A DNA stretch of 64,000 nucleotides from Tubiluchus corallicola (lineage: Eukaryota; Animalia; Priapulida): contig JAQGDQ010000017.1 of assembly GCA_030141605.1 (NCBI GenBank), positions 620,001 to 684,000 of the forward strand. The letters are read 5' to 3'. The notes below the pieces were generated by a model. The model was not told the origin of the DNA, did not search any database, and saw only the letters and a list, made by a program, of their open reading frames with translations. This document shows, in pieces, positions 63,401 through 64,000 of this stretch (its first letter is position 1; each line of letters opens with the position of its first letter). Made by a program: the position numbers and the translations under genes.

Positions 63401-64000
63401 CCAGATAACACATATAAGTACACTTGACAACACCTCGCAGCCCATGCTATTGTAATAGTAACAATTTTAACATTTAGCTAGGCCATACCTACTTAATTTT
63501 TTTCTTGTTCCCAAGCAAGATTCTGCTAGTAACCCTAAATCACTCTACACACAGACTAATGCATAATTTAGTAAAGTCCGCATAAAACAACTGAACTACT
63601 AAACTAATGCTTTGCATTACGCACATGTCATATGACGATTGTAGTTAAGACGCATTGCTGTGGTACACTCAACCTTTGATCTACAGCAATTACACGTGTG
63701 CACAACGAAAGTATAAAAAGGCTTATTGTCTTAACTTGATTGTAATACAGGACATTCAGAAACATGGCACTGAATTTTAATTTGCTGCATGGGTTGTGTC
63801 CAAAGTAAGTCCTTACACAGAGATTTTTAACCAACGATTCTTGACATTTATGTAGAGCTCTCTTGTGCAAGTAAGAGTTGACACTTTACTAAAGAACAAT
63901 GGGAGCAATAATTTATTACCACCTAAGCAGCGGGCTAATTCATACTTTAGATTTTACTCATCTTCATCCAGCATTTCTGTTTTTGCGATCAGTTAGTGCT

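Overview
AT-rich, intron-containing animal genomic DNA. It is probably a non-arthropod protostome, inferred from an ionotropic-receptor gene and TTAGGG-like repeats; the species cannot be identified from sequence alone. Gene models were built by hand, checking splice sites and phase. They are: NUDT6-like Nudix hydrolase (-, 7 coding exons), a C2H2 zinc-finger gene (+), an LRR/mucin-stalk single-pass receptor with a GC-AG intron (-), an uncharacterised small membrane-protein gene (-), a small single-pass protein exon (+), UBXN6 (+, 6 exons) and the first 7 exons of HSPA14 (+). An intronless ionotropic receptor and a mosaic pseudogene copy sit on the same strand, apparently inside HSPA14 intron 7. 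Introns and intergenic DNA hold many transposon relics: BEL/Pao, Gypsy, hAT, pogo/Tigger, Merlin-like, Kolobok-like and CR1/other LINEs. There is also an 82/83-bp tandem array with a 248-bp higher-order period, and three decayed ribozyme-like motifs (two hammerhead, one HDV-like). No rRNA, tRNA or CRISPR array was found. Nothing here proves a new biological system. The best leads are the nested IR locus, the ribozyme relics and the inverted MITE pair around UBXN6 exon 2.
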